DNA of 42,258 bases from a virus (IMGVR_UViG_3300021791_000003:1-42258); one strand, 5' to 3'; numbered from the stretch's first letter, positions 1 to 9,153 are shown. The notes: generated by a model not told the origin, from the sequence alone. Numbers and translations are program-made.

Positions 1-15
1 TTCGTTCCATTCGAT

Positions 16-1377
16 ATGACTCATAAAACAACGATAGTTCGCGGTACGAAGATCAATAGAGAGAAGTTGATTCTTCAAGGGTTGGCACATTCTCCCGCAA
101 AGGAAAGAATATCCTTCGTCATTTGTTCATACGGAAGTCTTAGACAGACTCAAGAGGCGTTCTGCCTAAAGAAGCTGGCTGGGTTAGAATTTAATGGAGA
201 ATTAAAATGGGATTGGGCTATTCTAGATGAGTCTCATTACATCAAGAGTCAAAAAGCTCAACGAACAAAGTCAGCTCACGAGCTTAGGGATTCCTGCAAC
301 AACAGAATGATCTTAACGGGAACGCCTTATGTGAATTCTCTCTTTGATCTTTGGTCACAATGGGAGTTCTTAGGCAAGTACTATTCTGGATTCTCTAATT
401 TCAATGCGTTCAGAGAATTTCACGCGAAGTACGATAGAGATCCAGAAACGAAACGAAGAACTCTGGTTGACTTTGAGAACATTCCTCTTCTAAAAGAAAG
501 ACTTGTAAGAACATCTTACATTATCTCTAAGAAAGAAGCTCTCCCCGACCTTCCAGAGAAAACGTACGATATTGTTGAGTGCGAAATGAGTCTAGAACAG
601 ATCAATTTTTACAACAAAGTATGTAATCAGATCTACCTTGAGATTGAAAACGAGATTGATCCGAACCAACCTAAGGAAATGACGGTTAACAATGTACTTA
701 CAAAGCTGCTTCGCCTCTCTCAGATTACAGCAGGGTTCAAAGTCTTCGATAAGAAATATGATGACCTTGGTGAGGAGCTAGAGAACTCTGGAATAATTGA
801 CAGATTTGACCCTAATCTGAAGTTGGATAAGTTAATTGATTTAATCAAGGTAGACCTTCAATGGAATGAGTCCGATAAGGTTGCCGAGTCTAATAGTAAG
901 GTTATTGTTTGGTCTAAGTGGATCGCATCGATCAAGCAAATCAGAGCAAGACTTGAATTAGAAGGTATCAAATGCGTTCCGTACCACGGAGGTATGAGGG
1001 ATGACGCAAGGGATGCGGCAAAGAACGACTTCAATAAAGATGCTGATACTCGTGTATTCGTTGGCAATCCAGACGCAGGCGGAGTCGGTCTAAACCTTCT
1101 AGGCTATGATCCTAATGAACCCGATGAATACAAGACAAACTGTGATCACATGATTTATTATTCTCAGGGCTGGTCGTTAGCTGCTAGATTACAATCCTCC
1201 GCACGTTCGCATAGAAAGGGTACAAGGGTTCCGGTTAGAATAACAGACCTTATCGTTCCTAATTCAATCGATATGGAGATCAAAAAGAGAGTAGATGGGA
1301 AAGAAGAAGTAGCTACAGATCTGACAGATGTTAAGGAGATTTTAGACAGGCTCCACAAACCACTTGTTATTGATTGA
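16..1377 (+). CDS. SNF2-family (SF2) helicase/ATPase, 5'-truncated by the window edge
   Basis: Walker B ILDESH, motif III LTGTP, motif V GGVGLNL, motif VI-like QSSARSHRKG. No Walker A is visible and the frame is open to position 1, so the gene begins upstream of the window. Confidence 0.9.
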   Translation: MTHKTTIVRGTKINREKLILQGLAHSPAKERISFVICSYGSLRQTQEAFCLKKLAGLEFNGELKWDWAILDESHYIKSQKAQRTKSAHELRDSCNNRMILTGTPYVNSLFDLWSQWEFLGKYYSGFSNFNAFREFHAKYDRDPETKRRTLVDFENIPLLKERLVRTSYIISKKEALPDLPEKTYDIVECEMSLEQINFYNKVCNQIYLEIENEIDPNQPKEMTVNNVLTKLLRLSQITAGFKVFDKKYDDLGEELENSGIIDRFDPNLKLDKLIDLIKVDLQWNESDKVAESNSKVIVWSKWIASIKQIRARLELEGIKCVPYHGGMRDDARDAAKNDFNKDADTRVFVGNPDAGGVGLNLLGYDPNEPDEYKTNCDHMIYYSQGWSLAARLQSSARSHRKGTRVPVRITDLIVPNSIDMEIKKRVDGKEEVATDLTDVKEILDRLHKPLVID

Positions 1378-1385
1378 GGTACAAA

Positions 1386-1547
1386 ATGGCATTAGTCCTA
1401 ACTAGGAAAGTAGAACAATCCATCAAAATCGGAGAGGATATTATAGTAACAGTTGTTAGAATTGAGAATGGTAGAGTGCGATTAGCTATCGAAGCCCCTA
1501 GAGAAATGAATATCTCCAGACCCCCTAAAGAAAAGATCGAAGGCTAG
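1386..1547 (+). CDS. csrA: Carbon storage regulator CsrA/RsmA homolog (53 aa; absent from the ORF track)
   Basis: Hand translation MALVLTRKVEQSIKIGEDIIVTVVRIENGRVRLAIEAPREMNISRPPKEKIEG fits the CsrA pattern MLxLTRxxxxxIxIGxxxxVTVxxxxxxxVRxxIxAPxxxxIxR. GAGGT RBS lies just upstream. Confidence 0.92.
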   Translation: MALVLTRKVEQSIKIGEDIIVTVVRIENGRVRLAIEAPREMNISRPPKEKIEG

Positions 1548-1611
1548 TTAGACAGTCTATTCAAGTTAAGTTATCGTGTTTTTTGTTGTAATTCCTAATT
1601 AAGGAGAATAA

Positions 1612-2223
1612 ATGAGAGAGGTAATGAACCCTAAAACAGGGGAAGTGATAGAGTGTAAATTGAGTACCACTAAAGCCTTTGAAAGATTAGAAGAAAAGAT
1701 TAAGATAACTACAAACGGCTTTATATCATCTCTAATAGACAGGTATAAAAAGAATACAATACTTTCCGACGCTCAGTGGTTCTGGGTCTATAAAATAGCT
1801 CAAGAGGAAGTCGAGGAAATAAAACTAAAAGAAGGATTTACTAACAAATTGCAGCAAGCCTTCCTAAAATCCAATAATCAATTTCCAGCCTTACACTTTA
1901 CTCTATGCAAAGTCTATATGTATAGAGGATCGATTAAAGTAAAGAATGAAAATTCCCCTTTGGGAAGAATTCAGGACGATATTTACTATCCTTCCTCTAA
2001 AGCCTCTAATATGATAAAAGAGTTCATTCAATCATTAAGCCTTGATCCATTTGGAATCGCAATTAATGAGGGGAAGAAGAAAGGTATTTGTTGTTTTTGC
2101 AATCGAGAATTGACTAATACTGAATCAGTACACAGAGGGTATGGTCCGATCTGTGCTGATAAATATTTTCTAGAGTACGACTATTCTAACCTAAAACCAG
2201 TCCCAGAACGGGGGGTTATATGA
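1612..2223 (+). CDS. Zinc-finger protein with DUF6011-like C-terminus
   Basis: C-terminal CCFCNRELTNTESVHRGYGPICA matches the CxxCxRxLTxxxSxxxGxGPxC pattern. AAGGAG RBS. Confidence 0.7.
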   Translation: MREVMNPKTGEVIECKLSTTKAFERLEEKIKITTNGFISSLIDRYKKNTILSDAQWFWVYKIAQEEVEEIKLKEGFTNKLQQAFLKSNNQFPALHFTLCKVYMYRGSIKVKNENSPLGRIQDDIYYPSSKASNMIKEFIQSLSLDPFGIAINEGKKKGICCFCNRELTNTESVHRGYGPICADKYFLEYDYSNLKPVPERGVI

Positions 2224-2729
2224 GGGAAATTGATAAAGAATTATACAAAGATTGTATGACGTTATTTAATAAATGGACAACCCGAATGCAGGAATTAGAG
2301 TCGAGTAGTATCACAGACTCGCTTAATACTGGATATACAATCAGAGAAAGCGTTGAGTATATTAATGAAATCAAAAAGTCTTTAGAGAAATTCTCTAGTA
2401 AAATTCAAGCGGCACTTTGTCTAACTCTTTTAGAACAAGGTACGAAGTCTGCAAAAACAGAGTACACAACAGGAGTCGTTAATGTTAAAATGTCAGCAAC
2501 TCCCCCAAAGTTATCCTCTAATCCAGAGGAGTACACATGTTTAATGAAACATCTCAATATACCGGAAGAGGTGTATTCAAGGGAATTGGTCAGAATACAC
2601 TATCCGGCCTTTGAAAAGTATTGTACCGATCTAGCGGGTGAAGGTAGGACTCCCCCTGGAATTTCAACTAAAGGGATGCGTGGCTTACCTAAGATTAACT
2701 TTAGAAAGAAGAAAGGAGTGTTGGAGTGA
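2220..2729 (+). CDS. Hypothetical phage protein (helical, replication cluster)
   Basis: 169-aa ORF with an ATGA overlap to the upstream gene; no motif recognised. Confidence 0.6.
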   Translation: MREIDKELYKDCMTLFNKWTTRMQELESSSITDSLNTGYTIRESVEYINEIKKSLEKFSSKIQAALCLTLLEQGTKSAKTEYTTGVVNVKMSATPPKLSSNPEEYTCLMKHLNIPEEVYSRELVRIHYPAFEKYCTDLAGEGRTPPGISTKGMRGLPKINFRKKKGVLE

Positions 2730-2821
2730 AAGACGAAAGTATGAGTGGATTAGAGTTCTTCGTAAAGGTTACAATTTTCTGGACAGTTGTCGTTAGTGTC
2801 GTTACCTATATAATGTATTAA
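2726..2821 (+). CDS. Small single-pass membrane peptide (31 aa, not in the ORF track)
   Basis: GTGA overlap with the upstream stop; translates as MKDESMSGLEFFVKVTIFWTVVVSVVTYIMY. Confidence 0.45.
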   Translation: MKDESMSGLEFFVKVTIFWTVVVSVVTYIMY

Positions 2822-2882
2822 GGGGGGAACTGTTAGTAGTCGTTATTTCAATAAATCAATAAATCACTAAAAGAAAGAAAAG

Positions 2883-3650
2883 ATGTCAAACGAATTAACA
2901 ACCGACGTACGTCCCGACTACCTACAAGAGTATAATGGTGAAGACTTTGGAACGCAGGAATTACTTAAAATAGTACGTCCTGCAATGATTAAGATTGTTC
3001 AAGCGCTCACAGGTCCGCCCGTCAAACCTCCGTTTGAAGACGGAGATGTTGTTGTGACTCCTCCCTTGATTAAACTTGGAGGAGGAAAGAATGAAGTTGA
3101 AATGGAGTACTTTGAGGTTGTTCCAATCTTCTTCTTCCGAAATTGGTTCACATGGAACCCTCTCCAAATGAAGAACCTCTCTTCTGTGAGGGAAATGTCA
3201 TTTGATGAGAATGGTTCTATAGCTAAGAAAGCTAGAAATCCTGAAACCAGGAAAGAAGCTTGCCCGGAGAATCCTGAGTTTAAGATGTTACATTGTGAGC
3301 ATCTAAATTACATAGTCCTCACTGATAATAAGGAACTGAAAGACGTTCCTCTTTTATTATCCTTTGCAAGATCGGAATATATGACAGGATCGACATTTGG
3401 ATCATTGATTCAAGTCAGAAACGCTCCGATATATTGTTGTAAGTTTCAAATAGGTGTAAGAGACGTTGTCGGTACTTTGGGAAAATGGAAAGGGTTTGAT
3501 ATTAGCAATTCTCTAGAACCATGGGTCTCTCAGGAGGAGGCCGAGAGAAATAAAGAATTGCATAAAAAGTATAAAGAGTTACATGAATCCCGTTCGATTG
3601 AAGTAGAGTTTGAGGAGAGTACTGAACCCGAAGCGAATGAATTTTCCTAG
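2883..3650 (+). CDS. Putative single-stranded DNA-binding protein
   Basis: Lies in the replication cluster, has a beta-rich core, and ends in an acidic tail with a near-terminal Phe (EVEFEESTEPEANEFS). Confidence 0.55.
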   Translation: MSNELTTDVRPDYLQEYNGEDFGTQELLKIVRPAMIKIVQALTGPPVKPPFEDGDVVVTPPLIKLGGGKNEVEMEYFEVVPIFFFRNWFTWNPLQMKNLSSVREMSFDENGSIAKKARNPETRKEACPENPEFKMLHCEHLNYIVLTDNKELKDVPLLLSFARSEYMTGSTFGSLIQVRNAPIYCCKFQIGVRDVVGTLGKWKGFDISNSLEPWVSQEEAERNKELHKKYKELHESRSIEVEFEESTEPEANEFS

Positions 3651-3657
3651 AAAGGCT

Positions 3658-3745
3658 GGTCCTATGGCAGAACGGTAATGTAAGCCACTCGGTATCGTCC
3701 CGATGCCTTGGTGCACTTCCCCGGTTCGAGTCCGGGGTAGGACCA
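3658..3745 (+). tRNA. Atypical tRNA-like RNA; isotype not assignable
   Basis: Acceptor stem GGTCCTA/TAGGACC plus discriminator A, U8, D arm GCA/TGT with a GG loop, T loop TTCGAGT closed by CCCCGG/CCGGGG. The anticodon arm is abnormally long. Confidence 0.75.
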
Positions 3746-3781
3746 TTTACACTCTAGAAAGTTTCTACAGGAGAAAGTATA

Positions 3782-4108
3782 GTGTTCCAGTATAAGGCAT
3801 TAGTTGTAAATATTGTTGATGCGGACACCGTAGACCTTATGGTTGATGTAGGGTTCCGTCATTGGATGAAAGACCGATTTCGATTATATGGGATTGACGC
3901 CTGGGAGCCAAAGGGAAAAGAACGTGAAAAGGGAGTTGCAGCAACTTTAGCCTTAAAAAGATTTATTGATAAAAAGGAACTTACAATTAAAACTCATTCA
4001 GATAAACAAGGAAAGTATGGAAGATGGTTAGCTGATTTATATTTAGATAACACTCATATCAATAAATGGTTAGTAGAGTCGGGCCATGCAGTTTGGGTAG
4101 ACTACTAA
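3782..4108 (+). CDS. Thermonuclease (staphylococcal nuclease/SNase-like)
   Basis: Motifs VDADTV, RLYGIDAWE, GKYGRWLA and INKWLVESGHA. Confidence 0.9.
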   Translation: MFQYKALVVNIVDADTVDLMVDVGFRHWMKDRFRLYGIDAWEPKGKEREKGVAATLALKRFIDKKELTIKTHSDKQGKYGRWLADLYLDNTHINKWLVESGHAVWVDY

Positions 4109-4123
4109 AAATTGGAGATTTAG

Positions 4124-4633
4124 ATGATGGATCGACGAACTGCGTTAGTATCAAGTTTAGCTCTTTTTACGTCCTGTAAACCTAATACAGCAGTACCTGA
4201 CACAGAGATACCGGATTATCTTTCTGTGAAAGAGTTACTTGTAGCGTTACACAATCAAGAAAGAGACAGTTCGCTAGTATTAGAGGAATTATTAACAATG
4301 GCCGCTCAAGACCATTCTAATTGGATGGCCGCCAATAATAAGATGAGCCATATTGGAGAAAATAGAAGCTCCCCTAGTGAGCGAATTGAGAGAACAGGTT
4401 ACGAGTGGACTACTTACGGAGAAAATATCGCATATGGTCAAAAGACCCCTGAAGGAGTTATGCAGAGTTGGATGCGGTCTTTTGGACACAGAACGAACAT
4501 AAAGAACTCTTCTTATCGAGATATAGGAGTAGGAATAACTAAAAATGAGGATGAGGTAACTTATTGGTGTGTGAAGTTTGGATCTACTCGACTTAACGGA
4601 GAACGGTGGTTGGAAGACAACGCTACCCCGTAA
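4124..4633 (+). CDS. CAP/SCP-domain lipoprotein
   Basis: Motifs HNQER, AAQDHS, GENIAYG, WMRSFGHRTNI and IGVG. N-terminus DRRTAL...LFTSC looks like a twin-Arg signal with a lipobox. Confidence 0.88.
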   Translation: MMDRRTALVSSLALFTSCKPNTAVPDTEIPDYLSVKELLVALHNQERDSSLVLEELLTMAAQDHSNWMAANNKMSHIGENRSSPSERIERTGYEWTTYGENIAYGQKTPEGVMQSWMRSFGHRTNIKNSSYRDIGVGITKNEDEVTYWCVKFGSTRLNGERWLEDNATP

Positions 4634-4676
4634 GTTATTAATTAAATTACCTAACTAATGAATTCAAGGAAGATTA

Positions 4677-5393
4677 ATGAAATCTCTATTTCTCTTTATC
4701 GCTTTATTCAATCAAGTCTCTTTGGAGAAAGAAAAACTGATAACTTTAGAAGAAGCGGTTGAACATCCGAGAACTCTTTGGTATAGCCATTTGACGCTGC
4801 CGCCCGTTTATGAAGTAAATGGTGACGTATTTCACGTAGGATTTAATATTGCAACTCCAGAGTTAGATAAAACAGGAACGGCAAATAATGAAAAACCTTG
4901 GCTACACACAGGAGGGTTTGACGATGTTCACGGATCGAAGGTCTCCTTTAAAAGAATACTTTTTATTCCACCCGGTAAAACAATTAAATTAAAGAGATTT
5001 CGAGGGCAGGCATTAAATGGTGTTGCATACAATAGAATAAATGGTGTTTACCCAGAGGGAACTCTTACAGCTGAATTCATAATTAATGGCGCTGATTTAA
5101 GTATGATTAGATCAAGGCAAAAGGTAAAAGGTGAATGGATTGTTAATGAAGAAATACTTGGAAAACTACCTAAAAAATATGCATCTGTTCAATCATGTAC
5201 AGATTGCCATGAAGATATCGGAACACCCTCTTCTGATATTGACCCTAAGAGGGATTGGTATGGAACAATTAGAGGACTAGAGAAGAATGGACCAATTCAC
5301 TGGCATCCCTATATTTGGCCAGCTGATAGAAACGGGTTTGCCACCGCAAAGATACGTAATGAAGTTAAACACTTAGTAGAATGGGACGAATAA
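4677..5393 (+). CDS. Secreted putative monoheme c-type cytochrome (SO2930/P460-like beta-rich type)
   Basis: Signal peptide and a single CTDCH heme motif, preceded by KRILFIPPGKTI...YPEGTLTAEF...R...W. Confidence 0.5.
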   Translation: MKSLFLFIALFNQVSLEKEKLITLEEAVEHPRTLWYSHLTLPPVYEVNGDVFHVGFNIATPELDKTGTANNEKPWLHTGGFDDVHGSKVSFKRILFIPPGKTIKLKRFRGQALNGVAYNRINGVYPEGTLTAEFIINGADLSMIRSRQKVKGEWIVNEEILGKLPKKYASVQSCTDCHEDIGTPSSDIDPKRDWYGTIRGLEKNGPIHWHPYIWPADRNGFATAKIRNEVKHLVEWDE

Positions 5394-5409
5394 AATGGAA
5401 GGAACCTAG

Positions 5410-5871
5410 ATGAGCATACTTTCCCCACTAGTGTCTTTTTTCATAATCATGCCCTTTATTGAGTATCTATCTCATCGTTGGTTAATGCACTACCCGTTAT
5501 TGGGAAAATCGAACAGTATCTTTAAAGAACACCATATAGAACACCGCTGTAGAGGAATGCTTAAGTCTAATCATGTGGATATGCATCCTGGACAATTAAA
5601 TAATGGAATAACTGCAGGATTTATTTTATTGGTCATTGGACTAATAGACTCAACATCTGCAATTATTTGGTCAGTTTGCCTACTCGCATATTGTTATATT
5701 TGGACCACAGTACATCGATCAAGTCACGGGAGAAACGAGAAGCACTGGATCTCCAATACTTGGTATGGGAAGAAGATGATTAAACATCACCTAAGGCATC
5801 ACGACAATTTTAATTCTAATTTTGGAACTGTCTTTCTTCATACCGATTATCTATTTGGAACAAAGAATTGA
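5410..5871 (+). CDS. Fatty acid hydroxylase/sterol desaturase family membrane enzyme
   Basis: His boxes HRWLMH, HHIEHR, HRSSH and HHLRHH, a C-terminal NFG...DYLFGT motif, and hydrophobic segments. Confidence 0.85.
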   Translation: MSILSPLVSFFIIMPFIEYLSHRWLMHYPLLGKSNSIFKEHHIEHRCRGMLKSNHVDMHPGQLNNGITAGFILLVIGLIDSTSAIIWSVCLLAYCYIWTTVHRSSHGRNEKHWISNTWYGKKMIKHHLRHHDNFNSNFGTVFLHTDYLFGTKN

Positions 5872-5886
5872 AAGGATTTCCTATAA

Positions 5887-6345
5887 ATGCCAAGATCTCC
5901 AGCTGAAAATTATCATCAACTTAGAGGAAGGAGACACCTTGGTCTAACTAATCCTGAGAAATTTGATTTGACTTATGGGGATGTAGTTAGGTTAATTGAT
6001 AATGGAGAATGGAGAAATTTCTATGAACAGTGGAGGAGAAAACAAAAGAGATTAAATAAGATTAAAAGTATAGGAAATATTTGTCCGAAGTGTAAAATAG
6101 AAGTCTGCGATCCCAAGGACTGGAACAGAGAAGGAACCCTTTGTAAGGAATGTCAAAGGATACAACTTAAAGAAAAAGGTGTGATTAACGGAAGAAAAGC
6201 TAAGTTAACAGGAAGAACTAGAGGGAGCGGGAAATGTTTAGAAATCTTAGACAGAAAATTTTGTACAATTTGTAGAAGATGGAAGGTGGGAATTGTACAT
6301 ATTGACGACATGACCGTCTGCAATCAATGCTTAGAAAGCGTGTAA
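5887..6345 (+). CDS. Basic Zn-finger protein
   Basis: Four CxxC pairs (CPKC, CKEC, CTIC, CNQC). Confidence 0.55.
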   Translation: MPRSPAENYHQLRGRRHLGLTNPEKFDLTYGDVVRLIDNGEWRNFYEQWRRKQKRLNKIKSIGNICPKCKIEVCDPKDWNREGTLCKECQRIQLKEKGVINGRKAKLTGRTRGSGKCLEILDRKFCTICRRWKVGIVHIDDMTVCNQCLESV

Positions 6346-6354
6346 GGATGCTAA

Positions 6355-9153
6355 ATGAATTTCGATATTTTACAAGTACTGCGGGAGTACACGATACAGT
6401 ATAGTGAGGACGGTGAAAAAGTAAAAGTGGTTTGTCCTTTCCACCCGGATAGAAACCCTAGTGGATTTATTTATTTAGAATCTAAAGTATTTAAGTGTTA
6501 CGCATGTAATACATCTACTAGATTTATCGAGTACCTTGCTAAGAAACTAGGACACACTACACGATCACTTTTTTATCAATTAAATCTTAAATTAAATCCA
6601 ACCCCTGATAAAATAATCTCGCCCGAGACAGTAGACAGGTGCATTCAAGAGATTCAACAGCCCACCTCTAAACAGTTTATAGAGGCTTTGAAATTCAGAT
6701 GCCTCACGGACGAGTTAATAGAATTCTATCGAATTGGAGTATTTAAAGATAGAATAACCATTCCAATTTTTAATTCCTCAGGCTTCTGTGTAAATATTAG
6801 AAAGTATAAACCGGGAGCCACTTCAAGTAAAACAATAAATCAATCAGGATTTGGAAAAGTAGCGAGACTCTATCCAGTAGAACAGCTTCAATACGATCAA
6901 CTCGTTCTTTGTGGTGGAGAGATTAAAGCTATACTTGCCTCCAGTATTTTAAATAAACACGGGATAGGGGCAGTATGCTGTACCCAGGGAGAAGCAAACC
7001 TTCCTAATGAATTACTTGAAAACTTTAGAGGATGTAAAGTTTGGATTTGCCTTGATATTGATGAAGCGGGACGAAAGGCTAGTGAAAACCACGCAAAAAA
7101 GCTCTCTAGAGTAACTAAAGAAGTCTATACCTGTCTCCTTCCGCTAGATAAGAAGGATTATCCTAAAGGAGATATAAACGACTTTATTAGGATAGACGGA
7201 GACCTTTACAACGTTTTATTAGAGAGCGAGAAATGGGAATTTAAACTTGAAGACCATCAAATTCTTCCAGATGAGGATTTGATTGAAACAAAATTAACTG
7301 CGGCTGTACATGCTAAATTCACCAATAAAAAAATACAGTTTAAAGGGGTTGTTTCTCAACTAGATACTTCCCCCTTTTCCATACCTGAAGAAGTTAAAGT
7401 CATTTGCGATAAAAGTGAGAAATTTTGTGATATCTGTCCTGTAAATTTTGCTCAAGAGGAGCAGCTTTTTAAGATTCCAGATGAGTCTCCTGAATTAATT
7501 GAAATGATAGGATCGCCTAAAAAGAATCAAAAGCTTACATTAATGTCAGCCTTAAAGATTCCAATCACCTGCAGAAAGTGCTCATTTGAGACGGAGAACA
7601 GTTATAACTTTGAAGAGGTTCGTCTATCTGAACAATTGGATATAGGAAATAGGTCAACTGAAAGATCTATGCAGATAGCCTACTGTATAGGAGAAGGACT
7701 CGATCTTAATGAGACATATGACTTTAAAGGGAGGATGTATCCTCACCCAGGAACACAACAATCTTGTTTTTTAATTTCGAGCTATGATCAAGCTACTGAT
7801 TCCTTATCAAATTACCGATGTGATGATATGGAAATACTAGAGGTCTTTCAACCAGAAGAGTGGACTCCTGCAGGAATTCAAGAAAAGTTAAATGATATTT
7901 ATTCAGATTTTGAAGCTAACGTTACACAAATATATAGAAGGCAATCGTTGCATTTAGCCATTGACTTAGCGTATCACTCACCTCTCTTTATAAATTTTGA
8001 AAACAAAAAAGAACAAAAGGGGTGGGTGGAAATTTTGATAGTTGGAGATTCTGCACAAGGAAAAAGTCGAGCATTAGATTCTTTAATGGAGCATTATCAG
8101 TTAGGTGAAAAAGTCGACTGTAAAACAGCTTCGGTTGCTGGATTAAAGGGAGGTGTGGACGATATAAGCAATCGACATTTTATATCTTGGGGAGTAATTC
8201 CAACTCACGACAAAAGACTAGTAGCATTAGAGGAGCTGAAAGGAATGCATCCCGAAGTTTTCTCAGCATTAACTGAAATGAGATCGAGAGGAATCGCTCA
8301 AATAACTAAGATTAGAAAGCGCCAAACTCAGGCACGAACCCGTTTAATTGCCCTATCCAATCCTCGGTCGGATCGACCGCTGTCCTCATATAATTATGGA
8401 TTAGAGGCAATTAGAGAGTTGATTGTCCATCCTGAGGATATTAGAAGATTTGACGCTTGTTTTATATTTGAAAGAAATGAGGTAGATATAAATGAGATCC
8501 CCTTTGGAAAAATCAAATACCCTGTTAAGTACACTTCTGAACTCTGCAGAGAGCTTATACTCTGGGCCTGGACTTGTGAAACCGCAGTATTTGAAGATGA
8601 GGGATACGTACATTCTAAAGCTAGTGAGTTTTCATCAAAGTTCTCCGATGACATACCAATCGCGGACAGAGGATCTATCAGAGAAAAGCTCGCAAGACTC
8701 TCTGCAAGTTTGGCAGCGAGAACATTTTCGTATCATTCAAAATCAAAAATATTCGTTAGAAATTGTCATGTGGACTTTATCTGCAGCTTTTTAGAAAAAC
8801 AATACGGTAAAGAGTCTTTTGGATATAAAGCATACAGCGACTCACTATTTAAAAGTGAAAAGTTGATCAATCCAGAGTCAGTGAAGCATCGACTTTTAAA
8901 GAAGGTTACTCACCCTAAAGAATTTATTGAGAATTTACTCCTGACAGATGAAATAAACGTTCATTTTATTCAAGATATTCTAGCCTATCCACAGGACGTT
9001 GCAAGAGAATTGTTGTCATTTCTTATTAGACAGAGAGCCCTAAAAAGGGAAAAGAATTTTCATAGAAAAACTAGAGAATTTACTTTATTATTAAAAGAAC
9101 TAAAGGGACAGACAGGTATTGAAAATAAACCAGTATACACGGAGGAATTCTAG
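6355..9153 (+). CDS. DnaG-type primase (CHC2 zinc finger + TOPRIM) fused to an MCM-like AAA+ helicase
   Basis: CPFH...CYAC zinc finger; TOPRIM GEIK and DID motifs; central Cys cluster CDKSEKFCDIC...CRKC; Walker A GDSAQGKS; Walker B VALEE; sensor-1 ALSNP; Arg finger RRFD. Confidence 0.85.
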   Translation: MNFDILQVLREYTIQYSEDGEKVKVVCPFHPDRNPSGFIYLESKVFKCYACNTSTRFIEYLAKKLGHTTRSLFYQLNLKLNPTPDKIISPETVDRCIQEIQQPTSKQFIEALKFRCLTDELIEFYRIGVFKDRITIPIFNSSGFCVNIRKYKPGATSSKTINQSGFGKVARLYPVEQLQYDQLVLCGGEIKAILASSILNKHGIGAVCCTQGEANLPNELLENFRGCKVWICLDIDEAGRKASENHAKKLSRVTKEVYTCLLPLDKKDYPKGDINDFIRIDGDLYNVLLESEKWEFKLEDHQILPDEDLIETKLTAAVHAKFTNKKIQFKGVVSQLDTSPFSIPEEVKVICDKSEKFCDICPVNFAQEEQLFKIPDESPELIEMIGSPKKNQKLTLMSALKIPITCRKCSFETENSYNFEEVRLSEQLDIGNRSTERSMQIAYCIGEGLDLNETYDFKGRMYPHPGTQQSCFLISSYDQATDSLSNYRCDDMEILEVFQPEEWTPAGIQEKLNDIYSDFEANVTQIYRRQSLHLAIDLAYHSPLFINFENKKEQKGWVEILIVGDSAQGKSRALDSLMEHYQLGEKVDCKTASVAGLKGGVDDISNRHFISWGVIPTHDKRLVALEELKGMHPEVFSALTEMRSRGIAQITKIRKRQTQARTRLIALSNPRSDRPLSSYNYGLEAIRELIVHPEDIRRFDACFIFERNEVDINEIPFGKIKYPVKYTSELCRELILWAWTCETAVFEDEGYVHSKASEFSSKFSDDIPIADRGSIREKLARLSASLAARTFSYHSKSKIFVRNCHVDFICSFLEKQYGKESFGYKAYSDSLFKSEKLINPESVKHRLLKKVTHPKEFIENLLLTDEINVHFIQDILAYPQDVARELLSFLIRQRALKREKNFHRKTREFTLLLKELKGQTGIENKPVYTEEF

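Noticed and set aside
3658-3745. tRNA-Sec or stop-codon-suppressor tRNA implying recoding
   Set aside because: No TCA/CTA/TTA anticodon loop or long variable arm, and the genes are intact under the standard code.
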